DNA of 64,000 nucleotides from an uncultured candidate division Zixibacteria bacterium. GTDB lineage: Bacteria > Zixibacteria > MSB-5A5 > UBA10806 > 4484-95. The position numbers and the translations under genes were made by a program. The stretch's first letter is position 1. Each line of letters opens with the position of its first letter. A model generated the notes under the pieces. That model was given only the letters and a program-made list of their open reading frames with translations, did no database searches and was not told the origin of the DNA. Shown one piece after another: positions 30,026-40,257 of this stretch. The stretch is taken from NCBI GenBank assembly GCA_963668625.2, contig CAXXKA010000010.1, forward strand, positions 64,001-128,000, read 5' to 3'.

Positions 30026-31269
30026 AATACAGCCTGAAGTGTGTTTCCTGTGATAAGGAATTTGAGCCCAAATCGAGCGTAATGACCTGTCCCGAATGCG
30101 GCGAGTTCAGGGGCACGCTAGATGTAATCTATCCATACGATGAAATAAAAAGCAGTTTTACGAAACCTTTATCGTTTTATGGCAGAGATTCGGTCTACGA
30201 ATCATTATTGCCTATTATGCCATACGATAATCCTGCCTGCTTGCCTCCCGTACCTGTCGGTTCGACACCTATATTCGAATCACCGGCCTTATCGAAAATA
30301 CTGGGGCTGAACAATCTCTGGCTGAAAGATGACAGCCGCAATCCCTCGGCCTCATTGAAAGACAGGGCGTCGGCAACAACGCTGGCTATGGCTAATGAAT
30401 CTGGCGCCTCGGTAATCGCGGTTGCCTCTACCGGTAACGCCGCCTCCTCGCTGGCAACATTGGCAGCCTCTATGTCGATAACCGCCATGCTGTTCGTCCC
30501 AAAAACTATACCTCGCCCCAAGCTGGCCCAGCTGACTATTCACGGAGCTAAAATTATCTGCCTCGATTGCGACTACGACAGTGCGTTCGACCTATGTCAG
30601 CTTGCCTGTAAAAGATTTGGCTGGTACAACCGTAACACCGCGGTAAACCCGTACACCGGCGAGGGCAAGAAAACAGCCGCGCTGGAAATCGCCTGTAGCC
30701 TGGGGGAATCGCCGGATGTAGTAATATGTCCTGTAGGGGATGGCTGTATACTGAGTGGGATTTACAAGGGATTTTGGGATCTTCGGAAATTAGGCCTTAT
30801 AGATAAGATACCGAGACTTTACGGTGTGCAGGCCTCGGGTTCAGCGCCGCTGGTAAAAGCTTTCGAAAGCGGTAACGATATAACGCCAATCGAAAGTGTC
30901 AACACTATCGCGGATTCCATTTCGGTCGGTTACCCTCGTGATGGCGTTAAAGCGATGAGAGCGGTCAAAAATAGCAGTGGTAAATTCATAACCGTCTCCG
31001 ATGATCAAATAGTTAAAGCTCAGCAACTGGCGGCCTCGAAAGGCGGCGTTTTCGTTGAGCCGGCGGCGGCGGCGGCGATCGCGGGGCTGTTATCACTTAA
31101 CGAGAATAACGAATTCTCGAAAAACGAAAAAATCGTAACCTTACTTACGGGGCATGGCCTGAAAGATATCGACACGGTAATTAAAAATACTAAAACCGAT
31201 ATCGAAATCATGCAACCGGATATCGATATCATAACCGAAAAGATAGAAAAAACTATACGCTGGAGATAA
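30010..31269 (+). CDS. Threonine-synthase-like PLP enzyme (fold type II) with N-terminal Zn ribbon; substrate probably not O-phosphohomoserine
   Basis: CVSC/CPEC, NPSASLKDR (Schiff-base Lys), ASTGNAA, PVGDG, TGHGLK. Confidence 0.8.
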   Translation: MAKIIKYSLKCVSCDKEFEPKSSVMTCPECGEFRGTLDVIYPYDEIKSSFTKPLSFYGRDSVYESLLPIMPYDNPACLPPVPVGSTPIFESPALSKILGLNNLWLKDDSRNPSASLKDRASATTLAMANESGASVIAVASTGNAASSLATLAASMSITAMLFVPKTIPRPKLAQLTIHGAKIICLDCDYDSAFDLCQLACKRFGWYNRNTAVNPYTGEGKKTAALEIACSLGESPDVVICPVGDGCILSGIYKGFWDLRKLGLIDKIPRLYGVQASGSAPLVKAFESGNDITPIESVNTIADSISVGYPRDGVKAMRAVKNSSGKFITVSDDQIVKAQQLAASKGGVFVEPAAAAAIAGLLSLNENNEFSKNEKIVTLLTGHGLKDIDTVIKNTKTDIEIMQPDIDIITEKIEKTIRWR

Positions 31270-31279
31270 AGGAGAACTT

Positions 31280-32332
31280 ATGGCAATCAAGTGGGATGCG
31301 TACAACACTATCACCGATAACATTTTCGATACTATCGGCAGAACACCTTTAGTTAGATTGAGTAAAATCCCCGAACTGACCGGAATCGACTGCGAGATAC
31401 TGGGCAAACTGGAATATTTCTCGCCCTCAGGAAGCTTGAAAGACAGAATTTACCTGAATATGTTCGATCTGGCCGAACAAAGAGGCGAACTGAAACCCGG
31501 TATGACCGTGCTGGAATGCTCGACGGGAAATGCCGGAATCGGTTGCTCTTTCGTAGCCGCCACCAAAGGATACAAGTGCATCATAGTAATGCCCAGGGGG
31601 ATGTCCGAAGAGCGTAAAATGCTCGATATGATTTATGGTTCGGAGATGGTTTACACACCAGGCGGTGAAAGCGATGTCGATTTAGCATTGGAGAAGTTGC
31701 AGGAAATTAAAAATCAGGATCCAGATAAATACTGGGTACCGGCACAGTTCGATAATCCCGACAATATCGAGGCGCATTACCGCACTACCGGTCCTGAGAT
31801 ATGGGAGCAGACGGATGGTAAGTTCGATGCTTTCATCGCGACCCAGGGAACCGGAGGCACGATCACGGGGGCGGGAAGGTATTTCCATCAGTTCAATAAA
31901 GATATCAAACTTTACGCTATCGAACCGGCGGAATGCCCACTTCTTTCAAAACGTGTCTGGGGACCGCATGGCATCGAGGGTATCGGGGATGGTTTCGTGC
32001 CGCTAAATCTCGATGTCTCGATCCTTAGTGGCATTATTACCACTACCACCAAAGAAGCTGTGGAGATGGCTAAAATATTAGCCGCCAAAGAGGGGATATT
32101 CTGCGGAATATCATCGGGTTCTAATGTCGCCTCGGCTGTTAAGCTGGCGAAGAAACATCCGGAGATAAAACGAATCGTAACCATGATTAACGACACGGGT
32201 CAGCGTTATTTCTCGACACCGTTATGCGGGGTGGAGAAACATCTGGAGATACCCGAAAGATCTCACCCTATGGACGATAGAACTATTGCGGAGCTGGATA
32301 AATATCAAGCTGACTGGGAAATTATCGAATGA
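31280..32332 (+). CDS. Cysteine-synthase-like PLP enzyme (fold type II)
   Basis: IGRTPLV, SGSLKDR, CSTGNAG, QFDNPDN, GTGGT, GISSG. Confidence 0.8.
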   Translation: MAIKWDAYNTITDNIFDTIGRTPLVRLSKIPELTGIDCEILGKLEYFSPSGSLKDRIYLNMFDLAEQRGELKPGMTVLECSTGNAGIGCSFVAATKGYKCIIVMPRGMSEERKMLDMIYGSEMVYTPGGESDVDLALEKLQEIKNQDPDKYWVPAQFDNPDNIEAHYRTTGPEIWEQTDGKFDAFIATQGTGGTITGAGRYFHQFNKDIKLYAIEPAECPLLSKRVWGPHGIEGIGDGFVPLNLDVSILSGIITTTTKEAVEMAKILAAKEGIFCGISSGSNVASAVKLAKKHPEIKRIVTMINDTGQRYFSTPLCGVEKHLEIPERSHPMDDRTIAELDKYQADWEIIE

Positions 32333-33537
32333 GTACACCTGATCCCAAAGAGATATTAAAAAGTGCGGAGAAATACCGCGACTACTCCAGCGAGCTGCTC
32401 TCGAAACTGATCAGGATACCGTCGGTTTCCGGTGAGGAGAAAAGCGTAGTCGAATTCCTCGAACAGGAATTCAATGAGTGCGGTGCTGATGAGGTTACTA
32501 TCGATCCTTTCGGCAACATAATCGCCCGGTTGGGTAGCGGTAAGCCGGCAATCGCTCTCGATGCTCATATCGATACGGTCGATATCGGTATGAAAGACCA
32601 GTGGCAAACCGATCCGTTCTCGGGCATAATCCGGGATGGTAAAGTATTCGGCAGGGGAACATCCGACCAGAAAGCCGGTATGGCCTCCATGATGACAGCC
32701 CTGAGAATTCTTAAAGAATGCTGTGATGATTTTCCGTTCACACTGTATTTTACCGGTTCGGTACTGGAGGAGGATTGTGACGGTTTATGCTGGCAGTATA
32801 TTATCAAAGAGGACAAACTAAAACCCGATCTGGTAATCATCACCGAACCAACCGACGGTAAAATCAATCGCGGGCAACGCGGACGTATGGAGATCGAGAT
32901 CGTTACGAAAGGCGTATCATGTCATGGTTCGGCTCCGGAGCGTGGCGATAACGCGATCTACAAGTTGGCCCCGATAATAACCGCCCTCGAGAAACTTAAC
33001 GAGAGATTAAAAACGGATGAGTTCCTGGGGAAAGGCACCCTGGCTATCTCGAGAATTCGATCCAATGCTCCCTCGCTTTGTGCCGTGGCGGATATGGCGG
33101 CGTTATATATAGACAGGCGAACCACCGCCGGCGAGACCGCCGAATCGGTAGTTGCCGAGATTAACGCCTTACCTGAGGTAAGGGCGGCGAACGCTACCAT
33201 AGTGATTCCTGAATATGACAGGCGTACCTGGAACGGGCTGTCGTACCCTACCTCCAAAATATTTCCGGCCTGGGCGCTTCCCGAGAATCATGATTATCTG
33301 GATAAGGCATCAGGATGCTATGAGTCGTTATTCGATACCGAGCCCGTAATAGATAAATGGACGTTCTCGACTAATGGTGTAGCCACTATGGGCATGTTCG
33401 ATATTCCAACGTTCGGTTATGGCCCGGGGATGGAGAAAATGGCACACGCGCCCAATGAGTACATGAATATAGATGACCTCGTGAAATGCTCGGCGTTTTA
33501 TGCCGCTTATCCTTTTGCGTTTGTCAATGAATACTAA
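32329..33537 (+). CDS. ygeY: YgeY family M20 hydrolase
   Basis: DAHIDTV, GRGTSDQK, EEDCDGLCW, RGQRGR, SCHGSAPERGDNA, WTFSTNGV, AHAPNE. Confidence 0.9.
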   Translation: MSTPDPKEILKSAEKYRDYSSELLSKLIRIPSVSGEEKSVVEFLEQEFNECGADEVTIDPFGNIIARLGSGKPAIALDAHIDTVDIGMKDQWQTDPFSGIIRDGKVFGRGTSDQKAGMASMMTALRILKECCDDFPFTLYFTGSVLEEDCDGLCWQYIIKEDKLKPDLVIITEPTDGKINRGQRGRMEIEIVTKGVSCHGSAPERGDNAIYKLAPIITALEKLNERLKTDEFLGKGTLAISRIRSNAPSLCAVADMAALYIDRRTTAGETAESVVAEINALPEVRAANATIVIPEYDRRTWNGLSYPTSKIFPAWALPENHDYLDKASGCYESLFDTEPVIDKWTFSTNGVATMGMFDIPTFGYGPGMEKMAHAPNEYMNIDDLVKCSAFYAAYPFAFVNEY

Positions 33538-33542
33538 TTCAT

Positions 33543-33796
33543 TTCTAGTGTCTGGCTTTTCCTTCTCGTTGCGAAGCGCTGCTTTGTAAGGTGGCTTGTT
33601 TGCAGGCAGAATGCGCATTCTACATGACTCGAGAAGGTTCCCAGGCAGCGCTTGGAAACCAGGGAACCAAGCCTGGCATCGGCAGGACATATCAGGACGC
33701 ATGATACGATGAATATATAATTGTATCAGAAAATATCTTTCACTAATAATCCCAATGAGAAATTTAAAATTTATCGAAAAACACCGGACACTAGTG
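33543..33796 (+). mobile_element. MITE copy 1 (~254 bp; left end degraded, no target duplication visible)
   Basis: Colinear with the copies at 47221 and 60678; right end CCGGACACTAGTG, left end ttCTAGTGTCTGG. Confidence 0.8.
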
Positions 33797-33818
33797 AAAA
33801 TAATAGAAAATTAATCAG

Positions 33819-34595
33819 CTACAATATTTCACTGTGACGTTTAACGCTAATCACCTCGGCGGCGATCGCTATGGCTATCTCGTGTGGCCCCTCGGCGCCA
33901 ATGCTGAGGCCTATCGGTGAGTGAACTTTTTCGAGAAGTTTTATGTCGATGCCATCGCTTTTCAACGCGGCATAGGTTCTGGCTATTTTCTTTTTCGAGC
34001 CAATCATTCCGATATAGGCGTATTCTTTCGTGACGACTTTCGCCAGTATATCTTTATCGTACTTATGACCCTGGGTAACTATTACTATATAGCAATTTCG
34101 GTCAATCTCGGGGATATCTGCCTGGTAGTTTTCATCGGCGAGTATGGTTTGTACCGGCGGCTCGTAATGGGCCAATATCTCTTTTCTGTTATCTATAACT
34201 ATCGTTCGGAAATTCAGGCCTGCCATTACCTCGGTTAATGCCCGGCAGACATGTCCGCCACCGAATATCAGAAGTTTATCCGGGGCATCATATAACTCCA
34301 GGAAGACCTGCGCTTTGCCGCCGCATATCATACCGGTTGAATCCGGTCCGGCCTCCTCCAAATCATATGATTCGAGCAGATGCTTGGCGTATCCGGTAAA
34401 AAGGGAAAGGGCGTTCTCTACGACAATTCTTTCGAAATTACCACCGCCGATCGTCCCCTCCAGCGCGCCATCCCGATATACTATCATCTTGGCTCCGGGT
34501 CGCCTGGGAGTATGACCGGAGGTATCGACCAGCGTTGCCAGCACGCACGGTATCCCACGTTCGATATTATCATTTACTTTTTTAATGATATCCAT
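33819..34595 (-). CDS. xdhC: XdhC/CoxI family Moco-insertion accessory protein
   Basis: GHTPRRPGAKM, GTIGGG, MICGG, YIGMIGS, PIGLSIGAEGPHEIA. Confidence 0.9.
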   Translation of the reverse strand: MDIIKKVNDNIERGIPCVLATLVDTSGHTPRRPGAKMIVYRDGALEGTIGGGNFERIVVENALSLFTGYAKHLLESYDLEEAGPDSTGMICGGKAQVFLELYDAPDKLLIFGGGHVCRALTEVMAGLNFRTIVIDNRKEILAHYEPPVQTILADENYQADIPEIDRNCYIVIVTQGHKYDKDILAKVVTKEYAYIGMIGSKKKIARTYAALKSDGIDIKLLEKVHSPIGLSIGAEGPHEIAIAIAAEVISVKRHSEIL

Positions 34596-34724
34596 CTTAA
34601 AAAATTCTCCTGAATATCTAATTTAAACATATATCTAAGGAATATCAATATTTTGTTTGAATAAATACGGATGGCGGCGATAATCAGTATAGTATAAGTA
34701 GATTATTGTAACGAAACCGGACTA

Positions 34725-35966
34725 TCAATCTCTGTATTTTTTAACTATCAGGCTGGCGTTTCCACCACCGAAACCGAATGAGTTGCTCATGCCGTATTCC
34801 AGGTCGATCGATTCCGTTCCTTTCGTAACATAGTCGAGCGGGCACTCGGGATCGGGTTCGCTGTAGTTAATAGTCGGTGGGATCTTACCGGAATAAACGC
34901 TCATAACCGTAGCGACGAACTCCACCGCTCCGGCAGCCGCCATGAGGTGGCCGATCATCGACTTAATCGAACTGACTTTAAGATTTTTAGCATGTTCGCC
35001 GAACGCTTTGATTATCGCCGCGCTTTCGCATTTATCGTTCAGGACAGTCGAGGTTCCATGCGCATTGATATAACCGATTGCCTCCGGCTCCAACCTGGCA
35101 TCGCGAAGAGCTACTCCCATCACCCGTATCATACCATCACTCTCGGGCTCCGGAGCGGTGAAATGGTAAGCATCTGCAGTATTGCCGTAACCGACAAGTT
35201 CGGCGTAAATTTTAGCCCCACGTTTCCGGGCATGATCGAGATTCTCGAGAATGACTATTCCTGATCCCTCACCCATCACGAAACCATCGCGGTTTTTATC
35301 GAATGGCCGGCAAGCGGTGTTCGGATCGTTGCTGGGGGAGAGCGAGCGAGTAGCGCAGAAACCACCGTATGCCAGCGGCGTTATACAAGCCTCGGAGCCG
35401 CCTGCGAGCATGATATCGGCGTCGCCTCTTTGCAGGATACGGAAAGCATCACCGATAGCGTTCGAGCCGGTGGAGCAGGCAACCGAGGGCGCCGAAAGCG
35501 GTCCTTTCAAACCATGAGTGATCGAGACCATACAGGCGGCCATGTTTACCAGCAGTTTGGAAACAAGAAACGGATTCATGCTTTTCGAACCTTTATTCAG
35601 AAGCGTGGAATGCGCCTCCTCGATAGTTTCGGTACCGCCTATTCCTGAGCCGATTATAACGCCTGCCCTGGTCTTATCGTAGGAGTTGCTGGTCATTCCG
35701 GCATTCTCAATCGCCATTGTGGCAGCCGATAAGCCGAACTGTGAAAAACGATCCATACGCGCGGCTGTTTTTTTCTCGATCCAGTCGACGGCGTTGAAGT
35801 TTTGCACCTCGGCGGCGAGGCTGGAACGAAAATCGGAAACATCGAAATGAGTTACCTCACCGATTCCGTTTCGCCCGGCTATCAATCCCTGCCAGAAATT
35901 TTCAACGCCCAGACCGATTGGTGTTATCGCGCCCAGACCGGTAATTACTACTCGATGTTCTTTCAT
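34725..35966 (-). CDS. fabF: Beta-ketoacyl-ACP synthase II
   Basis: ACSTG (Cys), NAHGTST, KSMIGH, NSFGFGG. Confidence 0.92.
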   Translation of the reverse strand: MKEHRVVITGLGAITPIGLGVENFWQGLIAGRNGIGEVTHFDVSDFRSSLAAEVQNFNAVDWIEKKTAARMDRFSQFGLSAATMAIENAGMTSNSYDKTRAGVIIGSGIGGTETIEEAHSTLLNKGSKSMNPFLVSKLLVNMAACMVSITHGLKGPLSAPSVACSTGSNAIGDAFRILQRGDADIMLAGGSEACITPLAYGGFCATRSLSPSNDPNTACRPFDKNRDGFVMGEGSGIVILENLDHARKRGAKIYAELVGYGNTADAYHFTAPEPESDGMIRVMGVALRDARLEPEAIGYINAHGTSTVLNDKCESAAIIKAFGEHAKNLKVSSIKSMIGHLMAAAGAVEFVATVMSVYSGKIPPTINYSEPDPECPLDYVTKGTESIDLEYGMSNSFGFGGGNASLIVKKYRD

Positions 35967-36364
35967 GGTGACTGCCTGCCTCCTACACTATTACCACAGG
36001 CTGGGATTCCATCAGCATGCCCGTGTTTGAATGTTTTACGCAACATCAACTAGCTTTGTTACTATAACTATAATACAATACCACCCTTTAGTAAACGTTT
36101 TCCGGTCATAAAATGGCATACGAAAAGTAATGACAAATATTTTGGCTCAATTACATTTTCTTAAGCATCTCGTTTGGATTATACTTGCATTGACTGCAGT
36201 CCGGGGTTTTTCAACTTATGCTACAATAGACCGGTCACAATTGATTTTCAATGATATTTTGTATCGATTTTTGCGGATCGATATTACTTGCCTCAGGATG
36301 GAAGGAACGACTATTAAATTGCTTACCAATGAGCCAATAAACCCTCAATTGAGGTTGGCATAAC

Positions 36365-36393
36365 TTGACAAATCGTGATTAACTCGTTATATT
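36365..36393 (+). promoter_or_regulatory. Sigma70-type promoter for the ACT-domain gene
   Basis: TTGACA-17 bp-TATATT. Confidence 0.55.
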
Positions 36394-36531
36394 TAAAACA
36401 AGCACCAGCAATGATATAAGACGTTTATGTTTTCCGGCATCGATTGATATCATTCGGGTCGTCATCACCGAGTAACGACATCAAAGAATAGTATTGAAAT
36501 CGATATAGAGCCTTTAAACAAGGAGTATGTT

Positions 36532-36981
36532 ATGTCACAGAGAGTTTTAGAGGTCGAATATTATCATTGCACGGTGGCCGATAAGCCGGGCGAGGCCAGG
36601 AAGATGCTGGAATTTCTCAGCGAGAAACAGGTCAACCTGATGGCTTTTAACGCATACCCCAGAACCGGCGGTAAAAGCCAGCTCGATTTCTTCCCGGAAA
36701 ACCCGCAGGCTTTAAAGCAGGCTGCCAGTGATGCCGGTATCGAGCTGACCGGCCCGATAAAAGCGTTTCTGCTTCAGGGAGAGGATAAAATAGGCGCGTT
36801 GTACGATCCGCTCTTGAAATTATCCAATGCCGGCGTTAATATCACCGCCAGCACGGCTATAGTTGATGGTACCGGGCGTTTCGGGTATATCGTATGGGTG
36901 AGCGGCACGGAATACGATAAAGCCGCCGAGGCTTTGAAAAGCAGCGATTGGCGCACGATACAAACCAGCCCACCGAAATAG
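36532..36981 (+). CDS. Tandem ACT-domain protein
   Basis: ADKPGEA...NL and EDKIGAL...GVNI ACT motifs; AAGGAG RBS. Confidence 0.75.
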   Translation: MSQRVLEVEYYHCTVADKPGEARKMLEFLSEKQVNLMAFNAYPRTGGKSQLDFFPENPQALKQAASDAGIELTGPIKAFLLQGEDKIGALYDPLLKLSNAGVNITASTAIVDGTGRFGYIVWVSGTEYDKAAEALKSSDWRTIQTSPPK

Positions 36982-37093
36982 GGGGGTCGGGCTTAATACA
37001 TTTTCTGACTTTAACGGATCATCAAAACCGCAGGGATTTTGGCCTGCTCCAACCGATGGTTGAAGGTAGCTGTAACTGGTTCAGAAACTCGGG

Positions 37094-37342
37094 GGATTGT
37101 TGAGAAAGTCTCCTATGGTGTTATTGGGTGTCATTGCGAGAGAGTAAAACGGACGGAGCAATCCGTATGTTATAAACACCGAATAGATTGGTTACTTCAC
37201 TAAGTTAGTAATGGCAGTTTCTATATCGAGCAGTAAGGAATCCTTCCCGTCCTGCAGTATTCATGTAGTATTTCGTCACGTTAGAATGAATAAAGGACTT
37301 CGTCCGGCTGCCAACACGGGCAACAGATTTTTTCGACAACCC
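37094..37342. mobile_element. Degenerate second MITE-like element with internal REP-like palindrome
   Basis: Ends GGATTGTTGAGAAAGTC and GATTTTTTCGACAACCC match 13/17 as an inverted repeat; internal TGTCATTGCGAG...GCAATC motif. Confidence 0.45.
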
Positions 37343-37400
37343 TAAAGTTTGGTAACGAGTAGTAAATATCTCAGGTTGGAAGTATCAATATCCTGAGAGC

Positions 37401-37431
37401 AAAAAAGCCAGGAGATATACCTCCCGGCTTT
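37401..37431 (-). terminator. Intrinsic terminator after cydB
   Basis: AAAGCCAGGAG/CTCCCGGCTTT stem with an A6 tract (U-tract on the minus strand). Confidence 0.65.
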
Positions 37432-37454
37432 CATACTTAATATACAATCTAAGG

Positions 37455-38477
37455 CTAATAGCTCGATTCGTTCAGCTTCACCTTGCCCCGGAAAATCCAA
37501 TATATACTAACCGTGTAAGCGATCACCATCGGCATACCTATGCCGGCTATTATCAACATGATACCAAGTGTTTTCGAGGAGGAGGCGGAGTTGTAGATAT
37601 TAAGCGAATGCTCGGCTATTGGTGTGGAGTAGATCAAGTCCGGGAACATGCCGATACCGAATAAAGTCAGTAAGGCGACCATCGAGGCGCACGAGGACAA
37701 AAAGGCGCGGAAATCATTGCCGTGATGAATCTCGCGCGGGATGTTGGCTATCGCCAGGGCGTTTAATATCGGTACCGCCAGGAATATCGGGTACTGTTTC
37801 AATGCCTCGGTCATATGTTCCACGAACAGCAATGTGGCCAGCGTAGTGAATACGTAGCATATCACGAAAAGGATGATCGTTTTATTAATCCAGCCGCGCA
37901 CTTTCTGCTGAAGCTCTCCCTCCGTTTTCATAGCTGCGTATATCGCGCCGTGCATGATAAATAATGTCACGGTGGTTATGCCCACGATAATCGGGTATGG
38001 TTTCAATAGCGCGAAAAAGCCGCCGATATACTCATGGCTGTTATCGAGTGGTATGCCCCAGGCGATATTACCCAGGGCCACACCGATAAGCAGGGCCGAA
38101 AGTACGCTGGAAACACTGAAGCTGACATCCCAGAACTGACGCCAGGTTTTGCCGGGACGTTTGCTCCTGAAATCGATTGCTACGGCGCGGAAAATTAATC
38201 CCACCAGAAGCAGCATTAAAGCGGTATAAAATCCCGAGAAAGCGGTAGCGTAAACCTCCGGGAACGCCGCGAACAACGCGCCGCCGCCGGTAACCAGCCA
38301 GACCTCGTTGCCATCCCAGACCGGGCCAATGGAATTTATCATTATTCGTCGCTCGGTATCGGTTTTGGTAAACAGGTGAAGACCGCCTATACCGAGGTCG
38401 AAACCATCGAGGATGGCATAGCCGGTAAACAGCACGCCAACCAGTATAAACCAGATCGTGTTTAAATCTATGTTCAT
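37455..38477 (-). CDS. cydB: Cytochrome bd oxidase subunit II
   Basis: LDGFDLG, PVWDGNEVWL, AAFP. Confidence 0.95.
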   Translation of the reverse strand: MNIDLNTIWFILVGVLFTGYAILDGFDLGIGGLHLFTKTDTERRIMINSIGPVWDGNEVWLVTGGGALFAAFPEVYATAFSGFYTALMLLLVGLIFRAVAIDFRSKRPGKTWRQFWDVSFSVSSVLSALLIGVALGNIAWGIPLDNSHEYIGGFFALLKPYPIIVGITTVTLFIMHGAIYAAMKTEGELQQKVRGWINKTIILFVICYVFTTLATLLFVEHMTEALKQYPIFLAVPILNALAIANIPREIHHGNDFRAFLSSCASMVALLTLFGIGMFPDLIYSTPIAEHSLNIYNSASSSKTLGIMLIIAGIGMPMVIAYTVSIYWIFRGKVKLNESSY

Positions 38478-39817
38478 GCTAAATGTCCCTCCTCAACGGT
38501 TATGTCCCCGGGACCTTTCTGTATTTTCTCGTTTAGAAGATAAATAAACAGCACGAAAAGCAGAATGTAAATTAGTGAGAACAATACTATCGAAAATATT
38601 ACCTCGCCGGCATCAACACTTACGGATAGCGCCTCTTGCGTGCGCAGGAGACCATACACTATCCAGGGTTGACGGCCTACCTCGGCGGCTATCCAGCCTA
38701 ACTGATTAGCCATCTGGGGGAGAAGCACCGAGAACACGAGTATGTAGAGATACCATCTACAGGTGAAAAGCGTTTGCCTGAACCAGAGGAACATGGCGAA
38801 CAAGGCCAGTAATATCAGCATCATACCTATTGCCACCATCAAATGGTAGCTCTGAAACACGATCTGCACCGGTGGCCTGTCCTCGGGCGGGAACGCGTTC
38901 AAGCCGGTAATCGGCGTGGTGAAATCACCATGCACCAGGAAGCTGAGCATACCCGGTATTTTAATCCCGACTACCTCCTGCTTGTCTTCGTTGACCCAGC
39001 CGAACAGGTAGAGATCCCCCGGCGCGTTCATATCATAGTGCGCCTCCATCGCCGCCAGTTTGGCCGGTTGTGTATCAGCTACCGTATCGGCGCTGCCATG
39101 ACCGGTTACGAGCTGCAAGACCGAGGCCACCACCGCGACCACGATTCCGATTTTGATAGAGGCTTTGGCGAATTCGATATTTTTCTTTTTCAGAAGATAA
39201 TACGCGCTGACACTGAGTACGAAAAACGCCGCCGCTTGCCAGGCTCCCATGTAAACATGAGATATCCTGTCCAGGAACGATGGATTGAATACCACCTGCC
39301 AGAAATCGGTAATCTCGGCTCTCATGCTATCCCCGAACGGTACTACCTTATGCCCGGCGGGGGTTTGCTGCCAGGAGTTGGCCACCACGATCCAGATGGC
39401 CGAAAGATGAGCGCCGAATGCTACGAGAATAGTCGCGATAAAATGCGTGCGAGGCTTTACCTTATCCCAGCCGAACAGTAGTATGGCCAAAAAGCCGGAT
39501 TCGAGGAAAAACGCGAATACGCCCTCGGCCGCCAGCGCGCTTCCGAAAACATCCCCGACGAACCTCGAATAAGTGGACCAGTTGGTACCGAACTGGAATT
39601 CCATTACGATACCGGTAGCTACTCCCAGGGCGAAAATCAATCCGAATATTTTCACCCAGAATCGGGTCATATTGTGGTAAAGCTCGTTCCCGGTTTTCAT
39701 ATATACGCCTTCCATGATCACCAGGATAAGCCCCAGCCCGATACTCAATGGAGGGAATAAGTAATGAAAACCAATCGTTAATGCGAATTGCATTCGTGAG
39801 AGAAGTTCTAAATCCAT
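38474..39817 (-). CDS. cydA: Cytochrome bd oxidase subunit I
   Basis: [34 protein letters not shown]. Confidence 0.95.
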   Translation of the reverse strand: MDLELLSRMQFALTIGFHYLFPPLSIGLGLILVIMEGVYMKTGNELYHNMTRFWVKIFGLIFALGVATGIVMEFQFGTNWSTYSRFVGDVFGSALAAEGVFAFFLESGFLAILLFGWDKVKPRTHFIATILVAFGAHLSAIWIVVANSWQQTPAGHKVVPFGDSMRAEITDFWQVVFNPSFLDRISHVYMGAWQAAAFFVLSVSAYYLLKKKNIEFAKASIKIGIVVAVVASVLQLVTGHGSADTVADTQPAKLAAMEAHYDMNAPGDLYLFGWVNEDKQEVVGIKIPGMLSFLVHGDFTTPITGLNAFPPEDRPPVQIVFQSYHLMVAIGMMLILLALFAMFLWFRQTLFTCRWYLYILVFSVLLPQMANQLGWIAAEVGRQPWIVYGLLRTQEALSVSVDAGEVIFSIVLFSLIYILLFVLFIYLLNEKIQKGPGDITVEEGHLA

Positions 39818-40257
39818 TTACCTACCACTCTGTTAAATATTTAGAAATTTAATTAATTAGCATCCTGCCTTATTGTAAGACCACTCACGGATAATTCAAG
39901 CATTTAATCGCAAGAATAAAAGTCATGCGATAATATAAATTCCAAAACAATTCAACAGGTTCCCGGTTGATATTTATTTTATCAGGTCAAAACCTCGATA
40001 CGATTAGCATATTGCCGTATAATTGCTAAATTATTTTTAGGCTCACTAGTTAGACTTGTTGCATGTACCTTACAAGCCGAGATATCGATACAGGGATAGC
40101 AGTGAAATGCGCTAATGAATTTAATTGGTAGTTTCAGCAAATTCATCGTGGTCATAGATGCCGGCATGGTGTTGACTGGCTATTGATCTTCGCAGTCAGT
40201 GGATAATATTGCTTCCCCTCTGTTACGATTTAGCCAATTGACTAAAATCTCTTGGGC

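Noticed and set aside
14062-33537. Selenocysteine readthrough in the purine cluster
   Set aside because: All ORFs appear full length for their families; no in-frame TGA is needed.
35995-36025. GCTGATGGAATCCCAGC upstream of fabF, resembling a fluoride riboswitch 5' part
   Set aside because: The 3' pseudoknot segment is absent and the gene context does not fit.
36130-36363. Short intergenic ORFs (also 6693-6968, 39982-40167, 59563-59799)
   Set aside because: No RBS or motifs; they lie in AT-rich promoter regions or overlap real genes.
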